Positions 1 to 9,478 of a stretch of 64,000 bases of DNA are shown piece after piece. The position numbers were made by a program, and so were the translations under genes. The stretch lies in sequence record MN871449.1; one strand, given 5' to 3'. Under the pieces are notes generated by a model that worked only from the letters and a program-made list of their open reading frames with translations, made no database searches and was not told the DNA's origin. Every line of letters begins with the position of its first letter. Position 1 is the stretch's first letter.

Positions 1-2
1 AA

Positions 3-647
3 ATCGCCCTGACCTGGAACCGTCCAGATATCGCTGAAATCTTTGCTGAAGTTGACGTTTATGTCTCTGCCAGCAACAAGTTTAAGAAATCCGATCTGTT
101 AGCGGAGATCAATCTTAACTTTGGTTTTCAATTAGCCGCAGAAGACATTTACGACGAAGTACTCAACCTCAGCATCGTTCCGACTGTGACCCAGATTCGT
201 ATTCGCCCAACCTGTCCGGCGTTTACGGGGATTCTGGAAGTCAACATCGGCGATCCGAAAAAGGCCATCGATACGGTTATTCGGAACAAAGACCTCGACG
301 GTTTAGCTTACCCGACAAACCAGTCGGTGAAGATTCAGGGCCCGCTCTACCTCTATGCTCAGGATTACACTTACGACGCCGATAACATGCAGCGGTTTGG
401 CTACGGTGATTTGATCGAGGGGGAACTCCTCACTATCCTCAACCGTAAGTCTCCAGAAGCCTGGATTAATACTCCAACCCCCGCCGCATGGAACATGGCT
501 GGCGCCACCGTGTACTTTAACGGACTAACAACCTCTGCTCCCGTTTACGTCAACACTAACTACGAGCGTTGCGTCGTGATCCATTTAGACAGTACCTTAT
601 GTACTAATGTTGCAGGACATTTAATTCTGCACTACAATTTAAGTTGA
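3..647 (+). CDS. Virion structural protein, 5'-truncated by the window edge
   Basis: The frame of ORF 186..647 stays open back to base 3 (IALTWNRPDIAEIF...LLAEINLNFGFQLAAEDI). It contains DLDGLAYP, like the repeats in 2251..3396. Confidence 0.7.
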   Translation: MALTWNRPDIAEIFAEVDVYVSASNKFKKSDLLAEINLNFGFQLAAEDIYDEVLNLSIVPTVTQIRIRPTCPAFTGILEVNIGDPKKAIDTVIRNKDLDGLAYPTNQSVKIQGPLYLYAQDYTYDADNMQRFGYGDLIEGELLTILNRKSPEAWINTPTPAAWNMAGATVYFNGLTTSAPVYVNTNYERCVVIHLDSTLCTNVAGHLILHYNLS

Positions 648-666
648 TCAAAGAGGAAAATAAACG

Positions 667-1203
667 ATGGCGGTCTCATTAGATTTAACGAAAACCCCCA
701 AAGCGGCCTTCTATGATTTATTGACTAAATCAACCACTGCTCTCCCTGAGGGTGAAGTATTCACTGACGCCGATTTGACCGCGTCCAATATCACCGCCGT
801 TTCTGGACGTGAAGATGGCGCGAACACATCAGTACTGTTAACCCCGGTGGCCAGTTCAACGCTGGTTTACGGTGAAGCGAAAACGGTGTATTACCTCCGT
901 AAAGATATCGCGGGTTACGCTATTGAAAAGGCGATCACTGATGACCTGGCTAATTGGGACGAAGCTGATGCCGCCGCCAGTGCGTTAGCGTACCTGGTCG
1001 ATAAATTTTCCTCTTCAATGGTAGCGAGTGACATTGTCGTCGACGCGCCGGTCACCAATGAAGATAGTACCGTTTCCGTTAAAGTGACGATGGCTGAAAA
1101 CCACCTGACCCTTTTCGGTACGATCACTCTGACCATCACCGCCGCTGAAACGCGAATGAACACCACCGACATCCCTGGTACCCAGGATGGCTTTGGTAGC
1201 TAA
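667..1203 (+). CDS. Virion structural protein (same domain family as its neighbours)
   Basis: 178-aa ORF with GAGG SD. The Y.R.DI...L..KF....DI...G.ITL pattern is shared with 3..647, 2251..3396 and 53494..54060. Confidence 0.65.
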   Translation: MAVSLDLTKTPKAAFYDLLTKSTTALPEGEVFTDADLTASNITAVSGREDGANTSVLLTPVASSTLVYGEAKTVYYLRKDIAGYAIEKAITDDLANWDEADAAASALAYLVDKFSSSMVASDIVVDAPVTNEDSTVSVKVTMAENHLTLFGTITLTITAAETRMNTTDIPGTQDGFGS

Positions 1204-1219
1204 TTAAGAAAAAGATACG

Positions 1220-1246
1220 GAAGGAGAGCGCTTAGCGCTCTCCTTC
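1220..1246. terminator. Intrinsic terminator-like hairpin
   Basis: GAAGGAGAGCG-CTTAG-CGCTCTCCTTC followed by a T-run and TATG. Confidence 0.75.
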
Positions 1247-1319
1247 GCTTTTTATGACATTCGCCGTCCTGAGTCGGCGTACCTTCTTCTCGATTGAATT
1301 TTTCGCATAGGACTTAAAC

Positions 1320-2237
1320 ATGAGTGCCAGCACAAATACGAATCTCATCGCCCGGACGGCGTTAAGCGGACTGCTCCAGACCCATCTGTTAGCGGGCCTG
1401 CCGTTGACTGCATTAAAGTACACCACGCTAAACGAAAGACTCGCGGTAAATAGCGATGCCCAAATTGCTACCACTGATCGTCCTACGTTTGCTTACTACT
1501 GTATCGGTGATAAAGGACATTATAACGTCCCGACCGCCGATAACGAAATCATTATCGAACCTGCGCAACACACCGCCGCCGACTTTGGGCCGTTCAACAT
1601 GATCCCGTTTGTCATGCGTCTGGAAACCAATGATCTCTCTGTTGCTGAACGGGCGAACTACGGTCTCCGTAAATTAGAGAATCTGAACGGCGTGAACTAT
1701 TTTTCTTACTATTTGAAAAAGGTTGATCTCTCTGCTGCGAAACCGACCTTGCGCCATACCGTTGTAGTGGACGGGGAAGCAACCACTACCGAATTTGTCC
1801 CGAACTCATCGAACCTGTTCCCGACCCGCCCAACGCTGACCTCTGCCCAGGCGACCACAACGAACTCTGAGTACCTGACTGCCAGTATGGAAGTTGACGT
1901 ACCTTTCGACGAGAACGATGTTGCGGAACTGAATAATGTCGCCAGCATTCTCTACGGTTCACAGAAGCGTGCGATTATCTCGGAGATCGGTTTGGTTTCC
2001 GCTATCCAGCGTACTGTACAAGCGGTGGGTCCGGGCGGCGCGCAAATCAACATGAATGAAGCGATCTACGCCCAGGTATTGACCTGGCTGTCGACGTATC
2101 GCCAGCTGTCCTTCGATAACCAAGGCTTTGTTATCACGCTGGAAATGGGCGCTAACGAACCGATGCTGACCTCGAATAGCGTAGCGACCCTGTCTACAAC
2201 ATCCAGCATTACGGCCACCATCCGTTCACTGGCTTAA
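1320..2237 (+). CDS. Putative virion structural (baseplate-region) protein
   Basis: 305-aa ORF within a structural gene run. It resembles conserved phiKZ-like virion proteins (YYCIGDKGH, NYFSYYLK, ISEIGLVS). Confidence 0.6.
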   Translation: MSASTNTNLIARTALSGLLQTHLLAGLPLTALKYTTLNERLAVNSDAQIATTDRPTFAYYCIGDKGHYNVPTADNEIIIEPAQHTAADFGPFNMIPFVMRLETNDLSVAERANYGLRKLENLNGVNYFSYYLKKVDLSAAKPTLRHTVVVDGEATTTEFVPNSSNLFPTRPTLTSAQATTTNSEYLTASMEVDVPFDENDVAELNNVASILYGSQKRAIISEIGLVSAIQRTVQAVGPGGAQINMNEAIYAQVLTWLSTYRQLSFDNQGFVITLEMGANEPMLTSNSVATLSTTSSITATIRSLA

Positions 2238-2250
2238 CAGGAGGTGACCA

Positions 2251-3396
2251 ATGAGTACCGTTTTTGGTTACCCTACGATTGAAGCAGAAATTGTTGGTCT
2301 CATCAACAAAGCTAACGCGGATCACGGCGCAGCGTTCACAGTTGATACGTTATCAATTGAAAGGGGCGAATACGATAGTTTCGAGGCACGTCAGAAGTTC
2401 ATCGTTAAAGACACCTCGGGCAAGTATTACGGTGTCCGTGATGATATCTCGTTGTTTAAACGTAACTTCCAAACGTTGTTCAAAGGGATTGAATTACACG
2501 TTCAGGCAGGCTCAGGATTAAATAACCGGAAAATCCTCGCGTCGCTCTGTGAAACGTATGGTCTACCACCATTTGAGGACAGCGATTTCGCCGCCGGCTT
2601 GTTGGATCTGAACACGGATGCCGGAGATGAAGAAATCTTTATCTCGTGGCCGATTGCAGAAACCAGCTGGAGTTGGACAGGCTCTGTCGAGTTTTACCTC
2701 CGTAATACGAAAACTTCTCTCAGCAGCATTATTACCGATAATCTGGATGCCTTCAAAGGCAATAGTTTCTCGGGCATTACGTGGTCAATTCGTCAGACGG
2801 CGATGGAAGGGTTATACTACCCGTCGATCTTTGATCTTGACAAGGTGATCGTTGAAACCGATCTGAACGGTCTGGAGTACCCAGGAAGTCAGGACCTCAA
2901 TACATTAATCACGGTTACAGAACTTAATGGCCTTGAGTACCCAAGTGACATCGCCCTGAATAATTTCACTTCCGAACTCAATGGCTTGGAATACCCGCCG
3001 GTGATTGACCTGAGCAGCCTGCGCACGGGTGCGTTGGTAGGATTTGATTATCCGACTGGTGTCGGTACCAATCGTTACTCGGCCTTGGTCTTGACTCGCC
3101 CTCTGGATTTCTCGGATTATCAGAATGCGATTCAGCAGTTCCGTGTAGGTAGTGAAATCACGGACGCTAGTCTGGTTAAAGCAATTGTGAACATGATTGC
3201 CGCAAACTGGGCTACAATGAATACCGAAGCGAACAAAGCGAAATTGACCACCGCGTTCACTAACGCCAGAGTCACCTCGATCACGCGTAAACGGTCTATT
3301 CATGGATGGACAGAGACAGTCAACGTGACGCCGTCTACGGTGTCGTTTGTTGTCGGTCAGGCTTCACTGCGTTACGATATCGAAACCGAAGAATAA
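2251..3396 (+). CDS. Virion structural protein with internal (T/S)ELNGLEYP repeats
   Basis: 381-aa ORF with GGAGG SD and repeated LNGLEYP units. Confidence 0.7.
   Translation: MSTVFGYPTIEAEIVGLINKANADHGAAFTVDTLSIERGEYDSFEARQKFIVKDTSGKYYGVRDDISLFKRNFQTLFKGIELHVQAGSGLNNRKILASLCETYGLPPFEDSDFAAGLLDLNTDAGDEEIFISWPIAETSWSWTGSVEFYLRNTKTSLSSIITDNLDAFKGNSFSGITWSIRQTAMEGLYYPSIFDLDKVIVETDLNGLEYPGSQDLNTLITVTELNGLEYPSDIALNNFTSELNGLEYPPVIDLSSLRTGALVGFDYPTGVGTNRYSALVLTRPLDFSDYQNAIQQFRVGSEITDASLVKAIVNMIAANWATMNTEANKAKLTTAFTNARVTSITRKRSIHGWTETVNVTPSTVSFVVGQASLRYDIETEE
2797..3054 (+). repeat. Intragenic peptide repeats (L/M)xG(L/F)xYP, five copies
   Basis: MEGLYYP, TDLNGLEYP, TELNGLEYP, SELNGLEYP and LVGFDYP, spaced about 18-20 aa apart. 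Confidence 0.85.
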
Positions 3397-3403
3397 CAGA
3401 CAA

Positions 3404-3431
3404 AAGAAAGGGGGCTTCGGTCCCCTTTCTT
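3404..3431 (+). terminator. Intrinsic terminator with cUUCGg tetraloop
   Basis: AAGAAAGGGGGC-TTCG-GTCCCCTTTCTT followed by a T-rich tail. Confidence 0.85.
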
Positions 3432-3478
3432 ATTTTATAGACCATGTATTTATTTTGAAATAGTGTTAAGGAACGACA

Positions 3479-4060
3479 ATGAATGACCAATTTTTTAGAA
3501 TCATGGGTATTGACCCAGGGAGTCGTTGTTTTGGGATTTCGATTTTAGATTACGATCTCGATACCGGGAAAGTTTACCTCCGCCACGCTGAGACTTTCCA
3601 CGCTGATCGCTTCTTAACTGACGTTAGTCCGGAATTGGTCTTAGGGGACCGAGGTGCGCGACATGCAAAGTGCAGAGAGTTCCTTATCGAACGTTTGCAT
3701 TATTTTAACCCTGTCTTAGTCTCTTGCGAATCGGCGTTCATGAAATTGAAATTTGTCTCCGCTTTCCAGTCTCTGGTAGAAGGGATTGTGATGGCCCGTG
3801 AGGCAGTCTGGGATTTTAAAAACACATTACCATTATTTTTAGTTGATCCACCCACGGCAAAAAAGGCGGTTGGTGCGCCAGGTAAAGGTGGGGACAAAGA
3901 AGCCGTTCGTAAAGCGGTGAAAAAATTGATTACAGAAAAGACGTTGTATGTTGATAGCGAATTAGATATCGATGAACTCGATGAACACAGCATCGATTCA
4001 ATCGCCATCGGGTATTGGTTGTTCCTTAAATGGAAACGGGAATTAACGGGTATAATTTAA
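3479..4060 (+). CDS. ruvC: RuvC-like Holliday junction resolvase
   Basis: IMGIDPGS at the N-terminus, SCESAF, KKAVGAPGKGGDKEAV and HSIDSIAIG reproduce the RuvC acidic catalytic motifs. Confidence 0.9.
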   Translation: MNDQFFRIMGIDPGSRCFGISILDYDLDTGKVYLRHAETFHADRFLTDVSPELVLGDRGARHAKCREFLIERLHYFNPVLVSCESAFMKLKFVSAFQSLVEGIVMAREAVWDFKNTLPLFLVDPPTAKKAVGAPGKGGDKEAVRKAVKKLITEKTLYVDSELDIDELDEHSIDSIAIGYWLFLKWKRELTGII

Positions 4061-4070
4061 GAAGGTAAAC

Positions 4071-4691
4071 ATGGCAAGAGCAAAACTATTAATCATTGAA
4101 GGACTCGATGGCGCAGGGAAAACAGAAGCGGTCTCATTACTCCGACAGGCGTTGAAAGAACGTGGTGAATCTGTCGTGGTGTTTCGTGAGCCTGGCGGCA
4201 ATGTCCCTGCAGAAAAAATCCGCGAATTAACACAGTCGTCAGATCGCCCGTCTTCCCCCGCTGCTCGTGCTCTGTTGTTCGTCTCGGCACGTAAAGAGAT
4301 CTTCGACAGTCAAGTTAACTTTGCTCTGGAGGGTGGACATACCGTTATTCTTGACCGCTCATGGCCTTCGACTTTCGCCTATAGCCCGAAAGAAGAATGG
4401 GATTGGATTTTCAATCTCCACGAAGGATTAGGACTCTTCGATCACCACCACTCAATCTTTTTCTTGGATATCGATTACGCCACCCACGTTGCTCGGTTAG
4501 GGCGCCGCAAAAAAGATGTCATCGAAGAAGAATTGGCGACCCAATTTGATTTCTACCGTGACCGTTACTTAACGGTTTTGAATGACCTTGCGCCAGAGGC
4601 TAACGGAAAGGTCGCTCTCATTGATGCCACCCGTCCGTTGTCCGAGGTCTTTCTTCAACTGATGGCAAGTTATGATGAGGTCTATCAATGA
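4071..4691 (+). CDS. tmk: Thymidylate kinase
   Basis: IIEGLDGAGKT P-loop, FREPGG and LDRSWPS motifs. Confidence 0.92.
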   Translation: MARAKLLIIEGLDGAGKTEAVSLLRQALKERGESVVVFREPGGNVPAEKIRELTQSSDRPSSPAARALLFVSARKEIFDSQVNFALEGGHTVILDRSWPSTFAYSPKEEWDWIFNLHEGLGLFDHHHSIFFLDIDYATHVARLGRRKKDVIEEELATQFDFYRDRYLTVLNDLAPEANGKVALIDATRPLSEVFLQLMASYDEVYQ

Positions 4692-5284
4692 CATTAAATG
4701 AACTCTTGTCACTCCCTGACGATACCGTCCTGGGTAATTACGTTGATAAGGATGGTATCTCGCTTGCGGATCGCGCGCATCTTTTTGCGCCCGCTATTCA
4801 CCCAGAAACCGCCACCGTGAAAGACCTGCGGGAATACCTGGACAGTCATCCCGATGACGATAACAAGACAATATGGTTAGAAATGGAAATCGCACCTTTA
4901 CCGGAACAAGGAAAAGAAGAGCCTGTTAATGACCAAACAGATAAGACGGTACCCGGTATTCATCCAGAAGTGATTGGTGCGATCGCTAAACCGGATAAAT
5001 ACGAAGTCAGGTCACGGCGTTTGGTTGGTGCTATGTTCGCAATGGTACTGGCCTTCACTATTTTGATCTTCACCTCAGTAGTGGCCGTGGTGTGTATCGA
5101 TAGAAAAGAACTCCCCTCGGCGACGTTAGCAGGGATCATTATCTTACCGACGATGATGGTGACGTGGTATTACATGGGCATCATTAACCGAGAGCGCCGA
5201 GATATCCTTTCGGCAGTGGTAGGCGATAAGATCAACAGCAGTGTAGTAGCAGACGTTATCACCGCGTTACGTAGCAGACGATAA
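4688..5284 (+). CDS. Two-TM membrane protein (holin candidate)
   Basis: Acidic N-terminus, two hydrophobic segments (LVGAMFAMVLAFTILIFTSVVAVVCI and LAGIIILPTMMVTWYYMGII) and a basic C-terminus. It lies next to the spanin genes. Confidence 0.5.
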   Translation: MTLNELLSLPDDTVLGNYVDKDGISLADRAHLFAPAIHPETATVKDLREYLDSHPDDDNKTIWLEMEIAPLPEQGKEEPVNDQTDKTVPGIHPEVIGAIAKPDKYEVRSRRLVGAMFAMVLAFTILIFTSVVAVVCIDRKELPSATLAGIIILPTMMVTWYYMGIINRERRDILSAVVGDKINSSVVADVITALRSRR

Positions 5285-5290
5285 AATATA

Positions 5291-5319
5291 AAAGGTAGAG
5301 GGTCAAACCCTCTACCTTT
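5291..5319. terminator. Bidirectional terminator hairpin
   Basis: AAAGGTAGAGGG-TCAAA-CCCTCTACCTTT between convergent genes. Confidence 0.85.
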
Positions 5320-5322
5320 ATT

Positions 5323-5922
5323 TTATTTTGTCTTACCATCAAGTTGGCCGGCGTTAAGGTAAACTTCCACGAGTTCCTGGTATTTTACAAACGCCCCTTT
5401 ATACTGAACGATGACCTGCTGCGCAGCGTTTAATCGCACGGCGCATTGATCTGCTCTAAAGGCTTCCCTTTTAAGAAATTGCACATTCTCAGCTGGAAGT
5501 TTGGCGTAATAGGTTCCATCACTTCCTCCCGAACTTCCGGGAGTTTGACTTCCGGTACCTTGAGCGTTACCGATGTGTTTTTGGTCGGTACGTACTCTTT
5601 CGACGCGCAACCACACATCACCAATACCATCAAGCTTAGACTGAGTATTTTTAATCGCTTTTTGTTGTTCATCGAATTTACCATTGATTGAAGACAAGTT
5701 ATTATCCAATTCGTTTTGTAACACGCCCATGTGCTCATCAAGCGACTGTTGCAAATTCTTTTGGATGGTTTGCGTCATTTGGTTCGTGACGTCGGCGATT
5801 GTTTCAGTGATCTTTTTCTGTGCGTATTCCCCGGCTTTAAATACACCGTAGATAAAGAGCAAAATAGAGAGAATGACCAGAAGCCACCTAACTAACTTGT
5901 TGTTGAAAAATGAAGTCCACAT
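5323..5922 (-). CDS. Rz: Inner-membrane spanin (Rz-like)
   Basis: Single N-terminal TM, long coiled coil and C-terminal EAFRADQCAVRLNAAQ, typical of Rz-like i-spanins. Confidence 0.75.
   Translation of the reverse strand: MWTSFFNNKLVRWLLVILSILLFIYGVFKAGEYAQKKITETIADVTNQMTQTIQKNLQQSLDEHMGVLQNELDNNLSSINGKFDEQQKAIKNTQSKLDGIGDVWLRVERVRTDQKHIGNAQGTGSQTPGSSGGSDGTYYAKLPAENVQFLKREAFRADQCAVRLNAAQQVIVQYKGAFVKYQELVEVYLNAGQLDGKTK
5430..5672 (-). CDS. Rz1: Outer-membrane lipoprotein spanin (Rz1-like) embedded in the i-spanin
   Basis: MNNKKRLKILSLSLMVLVMCG-C signal peptide and lipobox, then a Pro-rich mature part. It lies entirely within 5323..5922 in another frame on the same strand. Confidence 0.75.
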   Translation of the reverse strand: MNNKKRLKILSLSLMVLVMCGCASKEYVPTKNTSVTLKVPEVKLPEVREEVMEPITPNFQLRMCNFLKGKPLEQINAPCD

Positions 5923-5924
5923 AC

Positions 5925-7169
5925 TCAGGCCACCTTTTTAATCAAGAGAAACCGCGCTTCAGAAGAGAACGTCGGTCTATACCCGTAACGTTGGTTCTGA
6001 ACCAATTGACGTTCATTCATCGGAATAGTTTCGTAAAACCAACGACTGACCAACGAATGCGGGAGACGAAGTGCATAGAACCCATCTTGTTTCCACAAGG
6101 TATACTCCGCCAGATACCCGTTACCGATCTGTGCCGGAAGGTCAGGTAAAGTCTCGCCCGGTGAGAGATAAGTCCCGTCAATCAATGTCCGTTTCAAACT
6201 GAGGTATTCTTTCTCGAGGTTCACGCTGTCGATCACCACCAGGAAAGAATAAACCGAAGTCATAAACGCTTTGATCACTGCGTCAGCGATGAACTGATTT
6301 GCAACCACCTGTTCTGTTTCATTCTCATCTTTAGAAAGCGGAATGTCACTGTAGTCCAAATATTGGTGCGTTTCAAAAAAGTGGTTGATCAGGTTGATAT
6401 TCTGCATATGGACTTGGATACGGGTTTCCCCAGTAACAGAGACTTCTTTATCGAGAAGATACAGTTTCCCCGCTACTACCAGACCAACGGTTTTCCCGGT
6501 CAGCGCCACCGGAGAACGTAAGTAAAACCCTTTAGCTAATGGTAACGCTTCCCCACCGCCCTGAATCATACTCGCCGAAATAGGGTAAGTCTCTACTTTC
6601 CCAATTGAACTAAAATCCAGAATCCCTACACGTAAGTCGTTAAACTTGGACGCAAACTTACCAGCGTGGTTCAGTGTAATCCCTTCGCCATCAATCGGCC
6701 ATGCTCGGAAACAGAGTCCGTTGACTGTCCAAAGAGATTGGTCAACAATGGTACTGTAATCGGTAATCCCGTCCCGTTGCACCAGAAGGTCAATACGTTG
6801 ATCTGGTAACAGGTTTTCGTCGGTACTGAAATTAGCGTTAGTCCCTTTAAAGGTGAACTTGTACGCCATTGCATTCAGAAAGCGAACGTAACTGTCACCG
6901 CGTTGACCACGAGGGTCGTCTTCCACCAAAGTCAGACCAGATGCTAATTCAAGGTATTGATTTAACGTGGCGACAGAATCGCGCACCGACACCGGGAGAC
7001 TATAGAGATCCAGCCACCCGTTCTTCTCGTTAGTCGCGTCGAAGAGGTAAACCAGAACATTGCTGTACAAAGTGAAGATGGTAATCAGTCGTACTTCACC
7101 CAGTGCCTTTTCTTCCCAATCATTAAAACTGCCTTTCGTTCGTGTTTGTGCCTGAATAAGCTGATACAT
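5925..7169 (-). CDS. Conserved phiKZ-like virion structural protein
   Basis: Long ORF. The start was moved to ATG 7169 because of an AAGGA SD. Confidence 0.6.
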   Translation of the reverse strand: MYQLIQAQTRTKGSFNDWEEKALGEVRLITIFTLYSNVLVYLFDATNEKNGWLDLYSLPVSVRDSVATLNQYLELASGLTLVEDDPRGQRGDSYVRFLNAMAYKFTFKGTNANFSTDENLLPDQRIDLLVQRDGITDYSTIVDQSLWTVNGLCFRAWPIDGEGITLNHAGKFASKFNDLRVGILDFSSIGKVETYPISASMIQGGGEALPLAKGFYLRSPVALTGKTVGLVVAGKLYLLDKEVSVTGETRIQVHMQNINLINHFFETHQYLDYSDIPLSKDENETEQVVANQFIADAVIKAFMTSVYSFLVVIDSVNLEKEYLSLKRTLIDGTYLSPGETLPDLPAQIGNGYLAEYTLWKQDGFYALRLPHSLVSRWFYETIPMNERQLVQNQRYGYRPTFSSEARFLLIKKVA

Positions 7170-7234
7170 GTCCGGTCCTTTTTGATGAGTATTGGTATGT
7201 TGATCCATCGGCCGATGGTACATTGAGGATAATC

Positions 7235-9466
7235 ATGAGCGACGAAATTGTATTCCCATATGACTTCGATCCTTACCAAGAGAATGAAAGTAACCAGATC
7301 TCAGGTGAGGCTCATACGATAACAGCAGCTAACGGAACCGACTTTAACTTTATTGTCCCGCGTTACGCGCCGTTTTTCCGTCGCGGCTTTGTCTGCCGCA
7401 ATACGACCACCGGCGTCACCTTACGTCCTGACGTCGATTATTTCTTTGGTTTCCGTTTCGACCAAATTACGGTTTCTGGAAGTCAGTTACCGGTCTACGG
7501 TGCGATTGTCTTTAACGATAAATCACTCAGCGCCAATATCGAAATTGAATACCACACCCTAGGGGGAGAATTCTGTTTAGACGAGAATAAAATTCTCCAG
7601 CTCATGGCGAACAAAGCGCAAGACCCGCGTTCCTTGCAATGGGGTGCCGTGGTTGATCTCCCAACGGAATTCCCGACTATCGCCCACCGTCATGACGTTG
7701 ATGACATGACGGGCTTCAGCGAAGTGATTTCTGCGATCTATTCGCTTTCTGATGCACAATCTGCCGGCTTTAATAAAGCCATGCAATCTTTGCTAGAACA
7801 CATTGCCGACCACAACAACCCACACAAAATCACATTGGCCGATTTGGGTATTGACGATCTGGGTAATCTGGTTCCGGCGAATAAAGAGCAGGCAGAAGGC
7901 GGTACAGATAATACGTACTACATGACGTCTTTAAGAACGTCTCAGCAATTCCAGGCAATTTACTTGCCGTTACTGGAAGCGCACGAGAACGACGACAGTA
8001 ACCCGCACAAGGTGAATAAAGCCCAAGTTGGGTTAGATCTGGTACAAAACTACCGTGTTGCGAACACCCTCGAATCTTCGGCAGGGGTAGCGGATAACCT
8101 GTACCTGACCCCGTCGGGCGGCAGGATTCTGGCAAACGCGCTGGTTCCGGGTATCATGGAGTTCCACACCACGAACACTAATAACCCGCATGGCGTCACT
8201 AAAGCACAAGTGGGCTTGGGGAATGTCCCTAACTACACCACAGCAACGGAAGAAGAAGCGTTAGCGGGTGTGAGTAAAACGACTTTACTGACCCCGTATC
8301 TGGCCAACCTGATGTTGACAAACTCAACTGACCAACCGCTGGCAGCGCACTTACTGGATAAAAATAATCCGCACAGTGTGACCGCGGCGCAAGTCGGGTT
8401 AGGTAACGTTCAGAACTACGGAACGGCAACGAACGACCAAACCGTTTTAGGGACTGCCGCCAACCTCTATACCACTCCAGCGGGAATTGCGTATTGGTGG
8501 ACCAATGCTGCGAAAATTTATGTCGACCAAGCGATTGAACAAGGGACTAACTTAACGGCAGCGGATGTAGGCTTAGGAAACGTGGTTAATGCCGGCTTTG
8601 CCTCAAGTGCAGAGAACGCCGCCGGTACCGTCACTCAGAAATACGTCGATCCCGCAGGTGTGGTGACGGCTATTAAGAACAACGTAATCGTTCGTGATTA
8701 TTCCTGCCAGCCGAGTTATATCGCTAAACTCACGGCCGGGTTCCCGGCCGGCGGGCTACTCGATGCGGCGGTAACGCATTCAACGGGGATTAACAAAACG
8801 TGGGATGCTACCCTGCGTACGTTGACTTCTCCGTTACAGGCCGCGGATAAAGTATCGGCATTGTTGATTGCGGCGCCTTCTACTTACTCCCAGAAAGGGT
8901 ATGTCGATGTGGCGACGGGTACTTCAGTACCTGGGTTTATTTTCGGTTACTATCAAGACACTAGCGGTAATGATAATTACGCCGGTATCTTCTTTAAAAA
9001 CGGTGCGGTCTATCTCGGTACGTATATCGCCGGTACTTGGACCAAAGGAAGTGACGTTGCAATCGCGGCGTTAACGGGTTCCTCTATTCAGGTTACCTGT
9101 ACGAAATCCGGGACCAGTATGTCCGTGACCGTAGCCTCTACGACCGTCACGGTTGACGTGAGTTCGGTGACCTTCAGTTCATCCGCTTTTGCGAACATGG
9201 GTGGGTTTATCGTCAATGGTAAAGATTCGCTGATCTTTACGCCTACTACCTTCGGTGGTTTGGTTTATAGTATTGTCGATGTGATCTCTCGTCAAAGTTA
9301 TAAATATTCCGGTTCCGCTTGGGCGATCGACGAAACCGCTGACATGACTACGTTGGACACCGATCTGCGCGTAGGACGTACTATTTGTAACTTAGGGTCC
9401 AAAGAAGTTTTCATGCCTTTACCCAACAATCAATTTGCGGTCCTGAATCCACCGACTTCCCTTTAA
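7235..9466 (+). CDS. Tail fibre protein with NPHxVTxAQVGLGNV repeats
   Basis: Four NPH..AQVGL-type repeats plus one partial copy, and a beta-rich C-terminal domain. GAGGA SD before ATG 7235. Confidence 0.8.
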   Translation: MSDEIVFPYDFDPYQENESNQISGEAHTITAANGTDFNFIVPRYAPFFRRGFVCRNTTTGVTLRPDVDYFFGFRFDQITVSGSQLPVYGAIVFNDKSLSANIEIEYHTLGGEFCLDENKILQLMANKAQDPRSLQWGAVVDLPTEFPTIAHRHDVDDMTGFSEVISAIYSLSDAQSAGFNKAMQSLLEHIADHNNPHKITLADLGIDDLGNLVPANKEQAEGGTDNTYYMTSLRTSQQFQAIYLPLLEAHENDDSNPHKVNKAQVGLDLVQNYRVANTLESSAGVADNLYLTPSGGRILANALVPGIMEFHTTNTNNPHGVTKAQVGLGNVPNYTTATEEEALAGVSKTTLLTPYLANLMLTNSTDQPLAAHLLDKNNPHSVTAAQVGLGNVQNYGTATNDQTVLGTAANLYTTPAGIAYWWTNAAKIYVDQAIEQGTNLTAADVGLGNVVNAGFASSAENAAGTVTQKYVDPAGVVTAIKNNVIVRDYSCQPSYIAKLTAGFPAGGLLDAAVTHSTGINKTWDATLRTLTSPLQAADKVSALLIAAPSTYSQKGYVDVATGTSVPGFIFGYYQDTSGNDNYAGIFFKNGAVYLGTYIAGTWTKGSDVAIAALTGSSIQVTCTKSGTSMSVTVASTTVTVDVSSVTFSSSAFANMGGFIVNGKDSLIFTPTTFGGLVYSIVDVISRQSYKYSGSAWAIDETADMTTLDTDLRVGRTICNLGSKEVFMPLPNNQFAVLNPPTSL

Positions 9467-9478
9467 GCGAGGTTTAAA

